Below, piece by piece: positions 13,261-27,923 of a DNA stretch of 64,000 bases. Source of the DNA: Octopus vulgaris (Eukaryota); the NCBI GenBank assembly GCA_951406725.2, contig OX597826.1, positions 66,340,001 through 66,404,000 on the forward strand, given 5' to 3'. The stretch's first letter is position 1; every line of letters starts with the position of its first letter. The notes beneath the pieces are model-generated. The model was not told the DNA's origin, made no database searches, and saw only the letters and a program-made list of their open reading frames with translations. The translations under genes and the position numbers were made by a program.

Positions 13261-13693
13261 TAACTGTTTATTAATTAATTTATGGCGAAAATGATTTTCA
13301 TGGCATTGATTAGCCTATAAAAGTGTATCATTACACTGAATATGAAATCAATTCGAACAGAAATTGAAATTCGCAGCCGAATAGAAAAGATCCGAGTTTT
13401 GTACTTCTTTGAAATTAATAAATGTCTTCCGTGAAAAAAAAACTAACTTCTGCAATGCAATTTGCATATATTAGAGTACATTACATCAAAGTACAACATA
13501 CCACACTGTGCATATAGTGTCTACTTTTCGTCCCACGACAGTTTCTACCATGATATTTTGCAAATAGCAGAAAGTGGCAAGTCTGCAGAATCCTTTGCGC
13601 AATGGACAAGATGCTTGCTTCGTGGCATTTCGTCCGTCTTCCCATGCGAACCACGACTTGGTATTGCATCAGGGCATTTATTATTATTATTGC

Positions 13694-13756
<63 letters not shown>

Positions 13757-13775
13757 CATTATTATTATTATTATT

Positions 13776-14324
13776 GAGTGAGCGATTAGAGCATGCCATA
13801 AAGTGACACTGGGGTATTATATACGAAGCCCAGTATACCCATCATGACTACCTGTCTGATAAGGGTACACCAGGCACATGCATCACAACCATATGTGCGC
13901 GACATGGTGATCTCATATCAAGATAAACAGCACATGACCTTGCAGGTGGAGCCCAGTTATTTTCTTCAGATCGAGTAACCCATCCCGCTCAAAGGTCCCT
14001 GAATAAGGGTTGTTTAAGGACGTTGAACGAAACACCCATGTTTCCAGAGGTGAATTATTCAAACCCCAAAGAATCCCTCTCAACACATGGCTATGATGCT
14101 CCCCCACTACTTCTGCTCGTGATCAGAGATGCACATATCGTCAGCCACTAAGGGACATGCTCAACTGGTTAAGGTCAAACAACTGACAAGCAAATCTGTG
14201 GTATTGAGCAGAATATTTGCTGTAGCCCATCTTTTATACAAAGACGAAACAATGTACATGATAACACTTCCAATCAGCTAAGATCAGAAGCCATGAGAGC
14301 CACTGCCTGGTACTGCATCAGGGC

Positions 14325-14328
<4 letters not shown>
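13776..14328. mobile_element. Family E repeat in (ATT)n, copy 2
   Basis: Homologous to 211-740; preceded at ~13658-13680 by a short remnant of the element's right end. Confidence 0.8.
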
Positions 14329-14369
<41 letters not shown>

Positions 14370-14383
14370 CATTATTATTATTA

Positions 14384-14543
<160 letters not shown>

Positions 14544-14554
14544 CACTATTATTA

Positions 14555-14768
14555 GGGTGGCGAGCTGGCAGAATCGTTAGCACGCCGGACGAAATGCTTA
14601 GCGGTATTTCGTTTGTCTTTGCGTTCTGAGTTCAAATTCTGCCGAGGTCAACTTTGCCTTTCATCCTATCGGGGTTAATAAATTAAATACCAGTTGCGTA
14701 CTGGGGTCGATCTAATCGACTGGTCCCCTCCTCCCAAAAGTTCGGGCCTTGCGGCTAGAGTAGAAAAG

Positions 14769-14838
<70 letters not shown>

Positions 14839-15052
14839 CGGTGAGCTGGCAGAACCGTTAGCACGCCAGGCAAGATGCTTAGCGGCATTTCGCCCGTCTT
14901 CTTTACATTCTGAGGTCAAATAGTGCCGAGGTCTGGTTTGCCTAACATCTTTTCGGGGTCGATAAACTAAGTACCGGTTTAGCACTGGGGTCGATGTAAT
15001 CGACTCGTGCCCACCCCTCCAAATTCCAGGCTTTGTGTCTATAGCAGAAATG
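14555..15052 (+). mobile_element. Two tandem SINE family B copies separated by (ATT)n
   Basis: Heads at ~14555 and ~14837. Confidence 0.85.
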
Positions 15053-15474
15053 ATATTTTACATACAGCATAGTACCTTGTACCATACTACAGGTTCTGTC
15101 ACGGTACTATTCAAGTAGCATTGTACCGCACATTACGCAACACCCACAGTACTATACTAAGAACATTAGTACCTTACAACATACTGCAGACTCCATCACT
15201 GCTATTACCACCACCAGCATTACGCAACACCATCGTCGTCACCATGAGAAAGCACAGACAATTCCAGCCAACCAACGAACCAACCAGCCAACCAGCCCCC
15301 CCCACGACCCCCACCACCAACATCACCACTGAGCTCGCTGTAAGGTGGGCGGGTCTAAATGTTTTTGATCTGTCTGTGTATTTGCATTCAAAACGAGGCA
15401 GAGTCGTACTGTATTGGTAGCTGTATTGGTACATCTGTACTGGTTGTTGGTAAAAGTAGTTGTCTCTTGGTCTC

Positions 15475-15830
15475 ACGCACACACACGCAGACATCTGTAT
15501 GCCAACGTACACATACATACATACATACATGCATACATACATACATATATACATACATACATACATACATACATACATACATACATACATACATACATAC
15601 ATACATACATACATACATGCATACATACATACATATACATACATACATACATACATATATACATACATACATACATACATACATATATCCATACATACAT
15701 ATATCCATACATACATACATACATACATGCATACATACATAATACTTATATCAATGCATGCATGCATACATATATATACGCATTTAAATGCATGCGCACT
15801 CAAGTGTGTGTGTGTGTATATATATATATA

Positions 15831-15861
<31 letters not shown>

Positions 15862-16005
15862 CTCACTCACTCGCAGACATCTGTATTTGAACATACACAC
15901 ACACACACACATACAAACATACATACACACACATACATATATTAATGCAAGCTAGCACACATACATACGCATTTAAATGCATGCGCACTCAGTAGAGTGC
16001 GTGTG

Positions 16006-16098
<93 letters not shown>

Positions 16099-16177
16099 CT
16101 GTGTGTGTGTGTATGTCTCACACACACACACACACATACACATTAAATGCATGCGCACTCAAGTGCGTGTCTGTGTG

Positions 16178-16212
<35 letters not shown>

Positions 16213-16345
16213 ATGTCACACACACACACGCACATCTGTATTTGAACATACACACACATACAAACATACATACATACATACATAAATACATACACACACG
16301 CACACATACATACACATTTAAATACATGCGCACTCAAGTGCGTGC

Positions 16346-16418
<73 letters not shown>

Positions 16419-16430
16419 TGTGTGTGTCTT
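15475..16430. repeat. Compound micro/minisatellite (~175-190-bp units)
   Basis: Anchor TTAAATGCATGCGCACTCA recurs at ~15784, 15973, 16143 and 16318 between (TG)/(TA)/(CA) tracts. Confidence 0.8.
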
Positions 16431-17027
16431 TTACAGTGTGTGCTCAGAATATATGGAAAGCACATAAATAATAATACAAACAACAAAATAACAATATAAA
16501 CAATAAAAAAAAGTCTCAAAAATATCTTATATAATGAATACTTATGAGAAAATTATACAATAAAAAAAAAAATGAACACCGGCTACAACAACAAGGTCAC
16601 CACCACCACCACCACCACCACCACCAGCAACAACAACAACAACAACAACAACAACAGCAGCAGCAGCAGTGGCGAGAAAGCAACCACAGCAGCGGTAACA
16701 ACAACAACAACAACAACAGCAACAATAATAATTGTACCCATTACTAACAAAAATAAAAAAAAAACATACAACAAGAAGAAGAATAAGGACCAGCTGCTGG
16801 GGTAACAACCTCAATTACAACAACAATAGCAACAACAACTATGGCCCCTGCAGTTACAACAACAACAGCAGCAACAGCAACAGCAACAGCAACCAATCAC
16901 CACAGCAACAGTCGCTGATATGACATTTATCACAACAACAACAACAACAACAACAACAAGTATAACTACAGCATTTACAACAACAACGACATCTGTAGTC
17001 CAAGGTGATAGTTATAACAACAACAAC

Positions 17028-17141
<114 letters not shown>

Positions 17142-17494
17142 TGATGATGATGATGATGATGACGATTTCCTACAGTTACAACAACAACAGCGGCGACTCC
17201 CACAGCAATATAAGAAGATAAGTTAATGTAAAAGTATATATGTAAAAGCATGTATTTGTCTGGGTATGTGTACTTTTGACTGGCCGACATTTTCCATCTA
17301 TCTACTGGAGTGTTTAAACAGCACACAGACACACGCACACATACATACACACGCGTGTGTATATGTACACATTCACACACATATATTTAATGACAGTTGC
17401 AGTAAAAATTAGATGAATATTTCTGTCCGGGCACGTGTACTTTTTAAGAATGCATGCAACCTGCTATTGCATCTGCATTATATAATACAGTAGA

Positions 17495-18092
17495 TGGATC
17501 TCCGCCGTTTTTCGACGATGAGTAGTTATATTTTGGTACCAAGACCCTTAACAGAATTACCGGTTACCGTTGGTCGGTTTTCGTAACCAATCAACCACTC
17601 TACTCAAAATCTGGGAAGCTTCCTGTTATTTGTGCGATTCGGGACCACCAGCTCAGACTGTTTGGTCATGTTGCTCTGCAGTGTATCATAAAGTAAATGG
17701 ATCTCCGCCGTTTTCGACGATGACTTGTCATCTTTTGGTACCAAGACCCTTCGCAGAATTATGGGTTACCATTGGTCGGATTTCGTAACCATTCAACCAC
17801 TCTACTCAGAAACTGGGATGCGTCCCATTACTTGTGCGATTCGGGACCACCAGTTCAAACTGTTAGGCCATATTGCTCTGCAGTATATATAATAATAACA
17901 TAAAGGGATCTCCGACGTTTTCGACGATGTGTAGTCATCCTTTGGTAAACAAGAACCTTCGCAGGATCATAGCTTACCATTGGTCGGATTTCGTATCCAG
18001 CGATCAAATATTCTCAAAATCTGGGATTCGTCTTGTTACTTGTATGATTAGGGAACACCAAGTCAGAATGTTTGGCCATTTCGCCCGGCGTG
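17495..18092 (+). repeat. Three tandem ~205-bp copies of an RTE-like LINE ORF fragment
   Basis: GGATCTCCG at 17496, 17699 and 17906; translates to LRRIIAYHWSDFVS...IREHQVRMFGHFAR (RTE C-terminal region). Confidence 0.75.
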
Positions 18093-18489
18093 CTTCAACA
18101 CACGAACTCATAAAGAATCTTGCAAACCAAATCCCAAAACGAAAAATACAATGACATATGCAGGAAAACCATCTTGGGATAAATACAGACGTTGCTCCCA
18201 ACATAAAGAATATTGGTGGAATATTTCCATGAAAATTTCTGCCAGTTTCAAGAAGTCCTGATATGATCAAAACCACCTTAACAGCTCCTGGTTTTATAGA
18301 TGATTGTGCTGGAAAATGGGTTCAGCGCAGTGCAACACCGGAAAACAAATTCTTGCACAGGAACTTCGTGGACTCTCGGAATATTTGCATGAACTTACTG
18401 AGCTCAAGGAGTGGTCTTTCGTCGTCACGAGTTGACTTCCACCATGTCTGTCTGTCTTTATGTATGTATGTATGTATGTATGAATGTAT

Positions 18490-19340
18490 GTTGTTAAGTT
18501 TTATTTCAAGATTTCTTGCCAATAGAGAAAGAGCCGGTTTCTAACCTAGATCCAAGGCTCCTTCATTAGAATTTCAACATCAACAATAGGGTATGAATGT
18601 ATATATGTATATATGTATATATGTATGTATGTTGTTATTAAGTTTTATTTCAAGATATCTTGCCAATAGAGAAAGAGCTAGATTCAAAATTTCATGGGAA
18701 TTTCAGGGCATCATCAGGGCATTTATATATATTTGCGTGTGTATGTGCAGTATTTGTAGACAGCATATGTGCATATTTGTATGATTTGTTTTATGTATGC
18801 ATTCTCAGGTATAATAGTTGTATGTATAGATACGTACATATGTATGTACGTTCGTTCGTACGTACGTATGTACGTATGCATGTATGTATGTCAGTGTTCA
18901 ATTTTATTTCAAGATTTCTTGCCAATTGAGAAAGAACCGGTTTCTAACCTAGATCCAATGCTCCTTCATAAGAATTTCAACATCAACAATAGGGAATGTA
19001 TGTATGTATGAATGTATATGTGCAGATTTATATGTTTTGTTTTATGTATGTATTCTCATACATATAGATGCATATTTAGACATGCTCATACATATTTAAA
19101 TGATAAACTTCTGGAAAGTTTTAAAGATTTTTACAGTTCCATTGAGGGATTGGATCTGTAGTCTTCGAATTAGCTTTCTCATTTCTGGTTTTGAGAAACC
19201 CAATTTCTTAAGATTGGTATTTAGGCAGTGTATTATATATCCCAGGGCTCCAATAATTACAGGTATAAACCTGGACTTGTAATCTGGATAGAATAACTGC
19301 GGATTTCTCAATAATTCAGCTAGGTATTCTGTTTTTTACT
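18490..19340 (-). mobile_element. RLE-type non-LTR retrotransposon 3' end plus two additional 3' UTR stubs in (CATA)n
   Basis: RNPQLFYPDYKSRFIPVIIGALG...LQIQSLNGTVKIFKTF; 3' end TTTTATTTCAAGATTTCTTGCCAAT (plus-strand reading) at ~18499, 18643 and 18903. Confidence 0.8.
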
Positions 19341-19350
19341 GTAGTATGTA

Positions 19351-20200
19351 CGTATCTGATCAATAAGTATCGGGACTGTTGCCATAGTAACGAAGCTAAA
19401 GCACGCAGAGTGAAGCCGCTTAGCAGAGATTGACCTTGAACTCTGCTGTGCACGCGCACTAAATTTTAACGTTCTAGCTCACTTCCGCTGTTTACAACCG
19501 AGCTTGGAAGGAACGTGTATAGCGTGTGATCGTCGCATTGACCATGACAGAAAGTTGGGCAGAGAATTTGCATCAAATTTTGCCAAAAGATTGGCGATAC
19601 CTGCTCAGAGGCCTACGCAAAGTTTTCACAAAGTTTTCATCGTTCTCGACAAAATGAAGGAGATCTTGTGCAACTGAAACTCGATTGTCTATTTGGTCAG
19701 CTGAAAGCAGTTTTGGCACAAACTTTGCAGACACGCGTCTCATACTCAGAACTTATATGGACTGAAATGAACTATAACTAATCTGCACATTTGATAACGC
19801 ACGGATGGTGATTCGATGATTTCCCCTCACAGCTACACGCATATCTGTGATGCTTTTTTCAGTTCTGGTGGATGCGAGTATTCCAGAACGCTCTTCAATA
19901 TCGACATTATTTTCAGCCATCTTGGAAACGTGTTAACCATTCGTACACTCCTCTACACACAATTTCTGCAACTTTGCGTTGGCCTTCTGAACCGGCATCT
20001 CCATAATAATTTTTTCTGTCATTGTCAATGCAACGATCACACGCTACACACCTTCCTTCCAGGCACTGCTGTAAACAGCAAAAGTGAGCTAGAACGTGGC
20101 GCAGCAGAGTTCAAGGTCAATCTGTGCTAAGCGGCTTCACTCTGCGTGCTTTAGCTTCGTTACTATGGCAAGAGTCCGAATACTTATTGATCAAACCTCG
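19351..20200. mobile_element. Mariner-derived fold-back element with long (~230-bp) inverted repeats
   Basis: 19351-19580 is inverted at 19965-20200; the arms include the transposase start (QRICIKFCQK); TA flanks. Confidence 0.85.
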
Positions 20201-21011
20201 TATGTATGTGTGTATGTATGTACGCACGAATGTACTTATGTATCTATGTGTATATGTATTTATGTATCTATGTATTTTAGTAATTGTCTTGGCGACAATC
20301 TGAAAGAAAGCTAGAATTTTCCGGCAAGGAATGTGATTCGCTAATGTACACAGTTTACAGATACAATCTTTAACTAGAATAGTAAAATTACGTTATGTAA
20401 CACTTGTTATTACTAACCAAATTCCAACGAGCGAGTTTTGTGTCAATTGTTACAAATCTATTCATTTCTAGAAGGAAGAAGAATTCCAGTGTATTAAAAA
20501 TGCATGCATACGTGTGCATATGCATGCGTACATACATACTTACAGCCGTTCAAGAATTTGGACCTGGAGATCTCCATTTCCAGCGACTTCGAGGGCCACC
20601 CCCCAGTGGTGTCGGGCGTCAACGAAGAACCCTCGACTACAACAAGACGACCAAAGTTTTTTTTTCTTTCCAAGGTCTGGGGTCTCCCGCCCCTAAGCCC
20701 TAGGCCATCATCTAACCACCCCTACCCGTCTTGTTGCTTAACAACAACAACAACTACATACTTACAAAGATGCATGCATTCATACATAAACACACATGGA
20801 TACATACATACATATATGTGTACATACATACATACTTTACATACATACGCAAACATACATACTTACATACATGCATGCACAGTTGATGCAGGCTAAATTC
20901 CAATAAGAGAATTTTGTTTCTATGTTACAAGCGGTCTCTTTCTGTTTTGATGAGAAATTTGGAAAAATATGCCCAGGAACCGGTCCCCCACCACAAATAT
21001 AAAAATATACA

Positions 21012-21176
21012 TGCGCACGTGTGACTGCGTGGTAAGAAGTTTGCTTACCAACCATTTGGTTCCGGGTTCAGTCGTACTGCATGGCACTTTGGCCAATTGT
21101 CTTCTATTATAACCTCGGGCCGACCAAAGCCTTGTGAATGTATCTGGCAGACGGAAACTAAAAGAAGCCCATCGTA

Positions 21177-21208
<32 letters not shown>

Positions 21209-21229
21209 GAGAAATATATATATACACAC

Positions 21230-21301
<72 letters not shown>

Positions 21302-21306
21302 TATAT

Positions 21307-21361
<55 letters not shown>

Positions 21362-21411
21362 TATATACACACATATATACATATACATATATAGATACAT
21401 ATATATTTATA

Positions 21412-21472
<61 letters not shown>

Positions 21473-21706
21473 ATATATATGTGTGTGTGTGTGTGTCTGT
21501 GTTTGTCCCCAACAACCGCTGATAACCGGTATTGGTGTGTTTACATCCCCGTAACATAGCAGTTTGGCAAAGATACCGATGGAATAAGTACCAGGATTGA
21601 ATCATAAAATAAGTCCCCGGGTCCCGATTCATTCGACTTGAAATTATTCGAGGCGGTGCTCCAGCATGGCCGCAGTCAAATGATTGAAACGAAATAAAAG
21701 ATTAAA
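21012..21706 (+). mobile_element. SINE family A with expanded ~300-bp (TA)n spacer
   Basis: Diverged head and tail, both recognisable. Confidence 0.85.
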
Positions 21707-21848
21707 AACTGCATGCATACATATATTTACAAATCACTTATACAACGAATACATTCCAGAAATTTAGCCTGGAGTATGTACACACAGCGACATACAAACA
21801 TACATACATAAACGCACACACACAGATAGCTATACACACATGTGTGTG

Positions 21849-21880
<32 letters not shown>

Positions 21881-22040
21881 TAAATATATATACGTATATA
21901 TATATATATGCATATAAATATATATCTATCTATATATATATACACACACATATATATATATATGTATGTGCGTATATATATATATATATATGTATGTATA
22001 TGTATATGTATATGTGTGTGTATATATATATACGTATATA

Positions 22041-22082
<42 letters not shown>

Positions 22083-22119
22083 TATGTATGTATTTATATA
22101 TATACATATGTATGTATAC

Positions 22120-22152
<33 letters not shown>

Positions 22153-22414
22153 ATATAATATATATATATGTCAGAACATACAGCTTCACAGACATACAAG
22201 TACACACACACATACACACACATAATGACTGACGTGCGTGCATGCATACCTAAACTGTGTAGATACATAGATGCAGGCGTACATTCAATCACGTGCGCTT
22301 GTGGCCTAGACTCATATAACGAGTAGTCATACATATCCTAAGGAGACATGTCCACGCATACACCTACGCAGACATATATACACATAGACATATACACACA
22401 AATACACACACACA

Positions 22415-22504
<90 letters not shown>

Positions 22505-22980
22505 TACAGCAACTGACTAACTTATCCGCAAATCTCTGAAACATTTTATTCAAATGAAACCGTTTTTTGATAGTGACCGGCTTAAACTCTGGGAACTTAA
22601 ATCTTAAAGATAAACTTAGATACATCCGTTCACCCATCCCTCGCTCTCTTCCCCCACGCACATACATACACACACACACACACACATGAATACGTACACG
22701 CATACATGATGATGATTGTCTCATCTTGTCAGATGATATTCGTCTCTGATTTACTTCCATCCCTGCATGTGTGCAGACATGAGTTTTCCAAGCATACCAC
22801 GTATCCCTCTCCGTAGGACTTCGATACAATACAAAACGCACCAAGAAATGATAGTGCGATACCTGTTCGTAATTGCTTTTTAAGTGACGAAAGCTTGTAC
22901 AACACTTTTGCTACTTTCACGGTCGTCACAGTTTGTTCCAATGACAAGCATTGTAAAATGACTAATACTATTTTAACTGC

Positions 22981-23242
22981 AAGTTTTATATCAGAGTAAC
23001 TTTCTCCTAGGCCTCCTTTGGAAGGCCATGCTTTCGCGATCTTAGAAGTTTTATATCAGAGTAACTTTCTCCTAGGCCTCCTTTGGAAAGCCATGCTTTC
23101 GCGATCCTAGAAGTTTTATATCAGAGTAACTTTCTCCTAGGTCTCCTTTGGAAGGCCATGCTTTCGCGATCTGAGAAGTTTTATATCAGAGTAACGTTCT
23201 CCTAGGCCTCCTTTGGAAGGCCATGCTTTCACGATCTTAGAA
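22981..23242. repeat. 65-bp minisatellite, 4 copies
   Basis: AAGTTTTATATCAGAGTAAC at 22981, 23046, 23111 and 23176. Confidence 0.95.
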
Positions 23243-23289
23243 ACGGGACTATATAACTTTAAACTGCACCCGGTAGTCGGGCTCTGATT

Positions 23290-23444
23290 CAGTTCTTGGT
23301 TTTGGGTAAAACAAAATACAGGAGGATCAGCTTTATGTATTTATGATTCTATTCAATGTATTCCCCTCTCAGATTCACGCACTTATTGCAGCAGTCCTTC
23401 AGTTTTTCTAAGTCCTGTAAAAGAACTTTTCAGCACACCCTCGT
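23290..23444. mobile_element. Partial copy of the mariner-type MITE at 26842
   Basis: Ends in GAACTTTTCAGCACACCCTCG-TA; shares internal sequence. Confidence 0.7.
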
Positions 23445-23671
23445 ATAATAATGTTCCTCGTGTAGGTTCTTCAGCGATCTAAGACACCAGTGCCAACACT
23501 TCATAAATCCAGTGGCGATAGGGAAAAGTCAATGGGGTCAGGTACACGGTGCTACTGGAAGTTTTCGCTTAGGCCCTGCACACAGATGGCCATAAATGAT
23601 GGTTGTTTTCCACAGCCCTACGCTGTGCAAACTACCTTCCTTTCTTGTCTCTTTATCTACCATGTCTATAA

Positions 23672-23853
23672 CTGGAGTCCCTAATTTGCATACCGAAAAT
23701 TTTTAACCACTCTATAAACTCAACAAAATGAGCAGTTAATTCTATGCTGGAGTCCCTAATTTGCATACCGAAAATTTTTAACCGCTCTATAAACTTTATA
23801 TATACTCAACAAATGCAGCAGTTAATTATATACTGGAGTCCCTAATTTGCATA
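23672..23853 (-). repeat. Isolated ~2.2 monomers of the 86-bp satellite, inverted relative to the main array
   Basis: CTGGAGTCCCTAATTTGCATAC occurs three times. Confidence 0.9.
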
Positions 23854-24657
23854 CTTTTATTGACCCCTCGTTCGTCTAAGCATTCAGAGTCCATCAGTAA
23901 TGAATTGTACTGTGGGATACATCATTTTATTGCAACGTACGGTACTGTAACATATAATTGACATGTTGTATTACCACAGCACATCATACCAGCGACACTC
24001 CCAAGCATAGTCGTCGTCTCAAATTCCACCAAACAAGTAATTATGTAGGATCATGACTGTGCCATGGGAAGGACACATGTAGGGAACTCATGACAAAAAG
24101 AATGCAAAATACAGGATCTGGTAGAGCAGTGCAGGAATCAAGCTTGGCGGGCACACTGAGAGGTAATTTAAATAGATTAGCGGGATTTTGTTGGGTGATT
24201 AGTCTTCGAAGCTCTGGCTGTGCTTGGAATTACTGGTGCAGCAAAGAGGATGGTAAGAAATATGCTTCATCAACGAAGCCGCAGAGGAAGCAACTAGGTG
24301 GCTTTTGATAAAGAGAACAAACTCATGGCTTGTTACTGGGACGTAAGATGGTATTTTATCAGTCATAGCTGGGTCAAGTGGGTAAGTAGGTATGTTGTTA
24401 AAAGACCCGAAACTTCCTAAAACCCCAGGAACATCACTGATGATGCACTTCAAAGCGTCCTTGAGATGTATATTTACATGTACTTTTTACTCGTTTCATT
24501 CATTGGACTGTGACCGTGCTAGGGAACCACATTGGAGGGTTAGATCAAACAAATCAACCCTAGTACTTGATTCATGTTGGCTACTTTCCGCCGAACCGCT
24601 AAGTTGCGGTGATGTAAACAAACCAAGACTGGTTGTCAAGTATTGGTGGAGGATCAA

Positions 24658-24731
<74 letters not shown>

Positions 24732-25018
24732 CGTACACGCACGCACACATACGGATTTATAGGCCAATCCATTATAAAAATACTCAAGCCATGATTATTC
24801 ACAATGCTGGCGCTACGGCTGTTTCTATAGTTACCGCTGTTTAACTTTTATTACGGTGTTTGTTGTTGCTTTTATTGTTATAGTAATAGTCGTTGCTGTA
24901 GAGTAGACACTGTCTTTATTGTTTGCATTGCTCTATTTCTCATAGTCAAACTATTGTTGTTATTGTTGTTGTTGTTGGTTATGCACTGGTTTTACTCTTC
25001 TTCCTCGTTCTGCTTTAG

Positions 25019-25076
<58 letters not shown>

Positions 25077-25116
25077 CACCACCACACACCACCACCACCA
25101 CCACCACCACCACCAT

Positions 25117-25187
<71 letters not shown>

Positions 25188-25265
25188 TTTATCATCATCA
25201 TCATCGTCATCGCCATTGTTGTTGTTGTTGCTGTTTTTATTAATAAAAAATTAATATATTTTTAT

Positions 25266-25665
25266 GGCGGTGAATTGGAAGGAACGTAAGATCGTTGGCG
25301 CGTCGGACGATATGCTTAGCAGTTTTCAAATTCCGCCGAGGTCGACTTTACCTTTCATCCCTTCGGGGTCGATTAAATAAGTACCAGTTACGCACTGGGG
25401 TCGATATAATCGACTTAATCCGTTTGTCTGTCCTTGTTTGTCCTCTCTGTGTTTAGCCCATTTTGGGTAGTAAAGAAATAGATATGCTTAGCAGTTTTTT
25501 CTCCCGGCTTTTTACGCTCTGAAAGCAAATCCCGCTGATGGTAGCTTTGCTTTTCATACTTTCAGAGTTGATAAAATAAGTACCAGTTAAATGCTGGGGT
25601 CCATGTAATAAGACTTATCTCCCCCCTCCTCACAAATTTCAGGCCTTGCTCCTACAGTAGAAATA
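25266..25665 (+). mobile_element. SINE family B, rearranged/duplicated
   Basis: Family B head and body motifs, with the body present twice. Confidence 0.75.
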
Positions 25666-25819
25666 ATTAGTGCAACTACTTGTAGTAGTATTAGTAGTAG
25701 TAGTGTTGTTACATAAGCAGAAAATAAAAGTAGTAGTAGTAGTAGTAGTAGTAGTTGTAGTAATAGTAGTAATAGTAGTAGTGTTGTTACATAAGCAGAA
25801 AATAGTAGTAGTAGTAGTG

Positions 25820-25855
<36 letters not shown>

Positions 25856-25999
25856 TTGTTGTTACATAAGCAGAAAATAGTAGTAGTAGTAGTAGTAGTA
25901 CTACTACTACTACTACTACTACTTATTATTCTTCTACTACTACAACCACCACCACCACCACCACCACCACCACCACCACCGCCGCCGCTGCTGCTGCTG

Positions 26000-26054
<55 letters not shown>

Positions 26055-26181
26055 AGTGGCTATTACGCCTTTATTGTCGCTGTGTTTGTGTTTGTTGTTG
26101 CTGTTATAGTTTACACTGTTGTTATTTTTGTTGCTCGTCTGTGTTGTTATTGCTGGCTCAGTTACTGTTGTATTTGCTGTC

Positions 26182-26220
<39 letters not shown>

Positions 26221-26841
26221 GATACTACAGGTGCTCTCTTGATGTCGTTGCTGTTGTTGTTGTTGTTGTTGCTCTTGTTGTTATTGCTGGTTCTGCTGCT
26301 GCAGTTATCTGGTTCAATATATGGCTGCACTGACTCATAACCGCTGTTCCATTCAACTTTGGTGTTATTTCATGTTTATGTAACGACACCATGTTACATA
26401 AACACTTCTGTTTACATAACTAATGCAATGGATCGATATGCCTGTTAAGCATGTAAGATTACCGATCACACACGCACGCACACGGACAAGCATTCACATG
26501 TACAATTTCTCCATTATATATATATTATAATAGACGGTAAAAATCATTGATGATTTTACCGAGGGGTCAGTGCGAAAATAAAAACCTTATAGGTAAATTT
26601 TGCAAATATTTTAATAATTATATACATAATTATAAAAAGGGATTGGCTATAAGCCTCTCCACGTGCTAAAAAAATAAACACCTAAAGACGCTGTTACCAC
26701 CTTAAATATATATATATGTGGCACCTTGGGCAAGTGTCTTCTACTATAGCCTCGGGCCGACTAAAGCCTTGTGAGTGGATTTGGTAGAAGGAAACTGAAA
26801 GAAGCCCGTCGTATTTATGTATATATATATATATATATGCA

Positions 26842-27062
26842 CGAGAGGGTGCTGAAAAGTTCCTGGCTTTGGGTAAAAGAAAACACTGGGGTATCACTTA
26901 ATTACGATTTTATTCAACATAATATTCCGCTCCCAGATTCACACACTTTTTGTAACGGCCCTTCAATTTTTTCTAAGCCCATTAAAAGAACTCAGAAGGT
27001 TGGGCCTTTAGCCAGGCCTTTCATGACACCCTTATAACCAGGAACTTTTTAGCATCCCCTCG
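26842..27062. mobile_element. Mariner-type MITE
   Basis: TIR CGAGAGGGTGCTGAAAAGTTCCTGG / CCAGGAACTTTTTAGCATCCCCTCG. Confidence 0.85.
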
Positions 27063-27079
27063 TCGCCGCGAGCGGTATA

Positions 27080-27502
27080 TCGTTTGCATGATGTGGAGAA
27101 TATATCGCCAGCATTGCCCAAACGACCTGAACATTAGCTTCAAGGTTCATCCAAGGCTGGGACCACGGGTCATTCGTCCCCTGCCCAGTTCAGGATCACA
27201 AGATATAGGTATACTGCGACACAATTTTTTTTCCTCAACAGGCACCGCCCTATTTAACATTGTCCCAAAAGAGATCAAAGAGAAAAAGGATCCCATCACA
27301 TTTAAACGGAATTTGGACAAATTTCTTCAAGGAATACCAGATGAGCCACCCATACCTAGATACAACTCAATCAACAAGAAGTCACTACTTGAATGGGCCG
27401 TGATACCACAAAACTTGATTTAAAAAGGATTTAGATAATCCTATCAGGTGGTGCTATTAAGTTAGACATGTCCTGGACCAATCTTTGGTGGAAACGTATC
27501 TA

Positions 27503-27507
<5 letters not shown>
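27080..27507 (+). mobile_element. CR1-group LINE 3' end
   Basis: GTALFNIVPKEIK...FKRNLDKFLQGIPDEP...SLLEW (typical CR1-like ORF2 C-terminus) followed by a short UTR. Confidence 0.8.
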
Positions 27508-27548
<41 letters not shown>

Positions 27549-27923
27549 GTGTTTGTGTGGTATGTGGGTGCTGTGTGTATTGTGTGTATATGTCTGTTGT
27601 CACATAAATTCGTTCGTTTTTCCGTCAACACTTTCAACAGATCAATCAATAATATATTCTCCTTCGTTGTTCATGACCTCTTGCCGACGTTCCACTAGCT
27701 TCTCAGTTGCCGTGACGAAATCACCGGATTTTGGTTTGAAGGATTTCATCGAACCGCGTTCTTACCTCCTCTCCGTTGTTGAACGAAATGTCTCGTAAAA
27801 TGTTGGAAAGTGACGAGAAAGGTAATAATCTAAAGGTATTAAATTCAGGAAAATGCAATGGATTTCGTGGAACTTTCCAACCGAGCTCTTGTTATTTATT
27901 GCTTAATAAAACCACTCGTAATA

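Noticed and set aside
18270-18450. HDV-like ribozyme at a putative RLE element 5' end
   Set aside because: Could not build the nested double pseudoknot by eye
20545-20755. GC-richer island as a host exon
   Set aside because: Apparent splice signals derive from flanking (CATA)n; it ends in (ACA)n like a retroposon tail; no recognisable protein
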